Shown here: positions 62,540 to 64,000 of the stretch, piece after piece
Numbering within the stretch: position 1 is the first letter of the stretch
How the letters are laid out: each line of letters opens with the position of its first letter
Assembly (NCBI GenBank): GCA_963663475.2
Contig: CAXXJV010000001.1
Location: forward strand, 544,001 to 608,000
DNA from: Candidatus Cloacimonadales bacterium
Lineage (GTDB): Bacteria; Cloacimonadota; Cloacimonadia; Cloacimonadales; JAFGVF01
DNA length: 64,000 nt
Reading direction: 5' to 3'
Translations under genes and position numbers: made by a program
Notes under the pieces: generated by a model
Database searches by the model: none
What the model saw: the letters and a program-made list of their open reading frames with translations, nothing else
What the model was told of the DNA's origin: nothing

Positions 62540-63049
62540 TTACCAATCTTCCAATGTATTTTGTATAATTTTAGTAAACAGGTCTTCGTAAATTCCTGTT
62601 TCTGCATCTATTCTATTATCATAATCAGCACTAGTTACAGCATTATTTACAGCATATCTTTTTGCTATTGCTAGATTTTTATTTTCATATAAGACTTTAT
62701 CATTTACCAAATCTGTCATTTTAACAGAAAAGTTCATTTTAACTTGATACTCTTCTACGTTATTAGCAGAATCTGAGCTATAAATAATTTCTTCATAGAA
62801 AATAAGTGAACACTCAAGTAAGACATCCGGACCATCAGTTACAAGTAATAGTCTTCCATCTCTTTGAAAACTATCAGAGAGGTATTCAAAGATATCAATA
62901 TCCAAATCACTTTCTGTAGTTTTATTTTCTACAGGTAGAATTCTCAGCGTTTTTAGATATGGATATTGATTAGTTCTTAGCGAATAAGAGCATCCGAACA
63001 TTGCCATAAGACTAATTACAATAAAAAATTTAATAAATTTCTTGACCAT
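62540..63049 (-). CDS. LptE-like lipoprotein
   Basis: Lipobox MFG-C followed by SYS; ENKTTE motif; ends in W. Confidence 0.65.
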   Translation of the reverse strand: MVKKFIKFFIVISLMAMFGCSYSLRTNQYPYLKTLRILPVENKTTESDLDIDIFEYLSDSFQRDGRLLLVTDGPDVLLECSLIFYEEIIYSSDSANNVEEYQVKMNFSVKMTDLVNDKVLYENKNLAIAKRYAVNNAVTSADYDNRIDAETGIYEDLFTKIIQNTLEDW

Positions 63050-63160
63050 GTTTGTAAGGTCTATAAATTATTGTATTTGTCAAGTAATAGTTTTTAATTG
63101 TATTTTTTGACATAGAATAAACTAAAATTTTTTAATTATTAACAGATAAACGGAGGAAAG

Positions 63161-63817
63161 ATGGAGAAAAAATTTCTCTCTAAAAGTGAGGCTGCAGAAT
63201 ACTTAAAGATAACTGAAAGTGTAATCGATGAAATGATTTCACAGAAGGTATTTGAAGTAAAGACAGTTGGAAAAAGTATTAAAATTGATGTGAACTCGAT
63301 TGATAGTTGGTTAGAAAGTCTTAATGAACAGGAAGTCATAGACTTAGCAATGAAGAAGACTATTTGTCGTTTTAGAGAATATTTTAGAACAGAATGTATT
63401 TTTTTAGATTTCGAAGCTAAAACTAAATACGAAGCAATTAGGGTAATGTCTGAAAAAGCCAAAGAGTTAAAATTAGTTAAAGATGCACGCTGGCTATATG
63501 AAGTAGTTGTTGCTAGAGAAGAACTTGTATCAACTGCAGTAGGAAATGGAGTAGCTTTATTACACCCTAGGCATCTACATCCTTCTAAGATAAAGAAACC
63601 TACTGTCCTCTTTGGAAGATGTCCTGATGGTGTAGATTTTGATTCTCCAGATGAAAAACCTGTTACTTTATTCTTTATGTTACTTTTACATGATGATAAA
63701 CAACACCTTTTCTCTTTATCTTATTTATCAAAAATCATGCTCAATGAAGATAATATTAAAATTCTTAACAAAACTAATAATATCCAAGAGATTCACAGTC
63801 TCTTAGCAGACATTTAA
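63161..63817 (+). CDS. Excisionase-like HTH fused to PTS EIIA (Ntr/Fru-type) domain
   Basis: FLSKSEAAEYLKI; REELVSTAVGNGVALLH (phospho-His); GVDFDSPD. Confidence 0.85.
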   Translation: MEKKFLSKSEAAEYLKITESVIDEMISQKVFEVKTVGKSIKIDVNSIDSWLESLNEQEVIDLAMKKTICRFREYFRTECIFLDFEAKTKYEAIRVMSEKAKELKLVKDARWLYEVVVAREELVSTAVGNGVALLHPRHLHPSKIKKPTVLFGRCPDGVDFDSPDEKPVTLFFMLLLHDDKQHLFSLSYLSKIMLNEDNIKILNKTNNIQEIHSLLADI

Positions 63818-63856
63818 TTTAGCATTTTAGCTTAATACTTATTTCATTACACTTTA

Positions 63857-63895
63857 TTATAGCGAAATGTTTGGTTCATTTCGCTATAATCTTTT
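63857..63895 (+). terminator. Hairpin, possible terminator
   Basis: ATTATAGCGAAATG...CATTTCGCTATAAT followed by CTTTT. Confidence 0.55.
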
Positions 63896-63909
63896 ATTTT
63901 GGAGGTTAA

Positions 63910-64000
63910 ATGCAAGAAATTGAGAAAGATACAAAAGCTTTCCAAGTAGGCCATAAAAGTAGAATCCAAGCAAGATATATGAATGAAAGCCTTGAAAATT
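63910..64000 (+). CDS. 5' fragment of a CDS truncated by the window edge, possibly RadC-like
   Basis: GGAGGT RBS; MQEIEKDTKAFQVGHKSRIQARYMNESLEN resembles the GHRxRLRxRF start of RadC. Confidence 0.45.
   Translation, partial: MQEIEKDTKAFQVGHKSRIQARYMNESLEN

Noticed and set aside
63161-63340. Excisionase indicating a prophage or ICE
   Set aside because: The HTH is fused to a PTS EIIA domain; no integrase or phage genes are visible.

Overview
AT-rich bacterial chromosomal window, most consistent with an anaerobic Cloacimonadota-like organism (inferred from lysine-fermentation genes kamA/kdd/kamD/kamE, LolA/LptE, and several proteins ending in an 'NYPNPFNP...KMxxxK' FlgD-Ig/T9SS-like C-terminal domain, CTD). 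Mostly housekeeping: a stand-alone EF-G paralog, fba-gap, fetAB, a SNF2 helicase, rrf2-iscS-iscU, SRP RNA, addAB, eno, recN-nadK-rsgA, ftsK-lolA, ychF. The unusual content is: (1) a ~9.3 kb accessory cassette (16531-25834) where an ECF sigma factor with a long C-terminal extension faces an ECF-type promoter upstream of a small secreted peptide, a lipase-like secreted protein separated from its CTD by a +1 frameshift, and an exact 2500-bp tandem duplication of a beta-helix CTD gene; (2) several families of intergenic palindromic repeats assembled in nested mosaics, one showing compensatory base changes and strand-specific G.T pairs; (3) an IscS with several canonical active-site residues replaced, next to an IscU-DUF59 fusion; (4) an EcoRV-like restriction-modification pair. 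All calls come from reading the sequence and recalled motifs; no searches were run.
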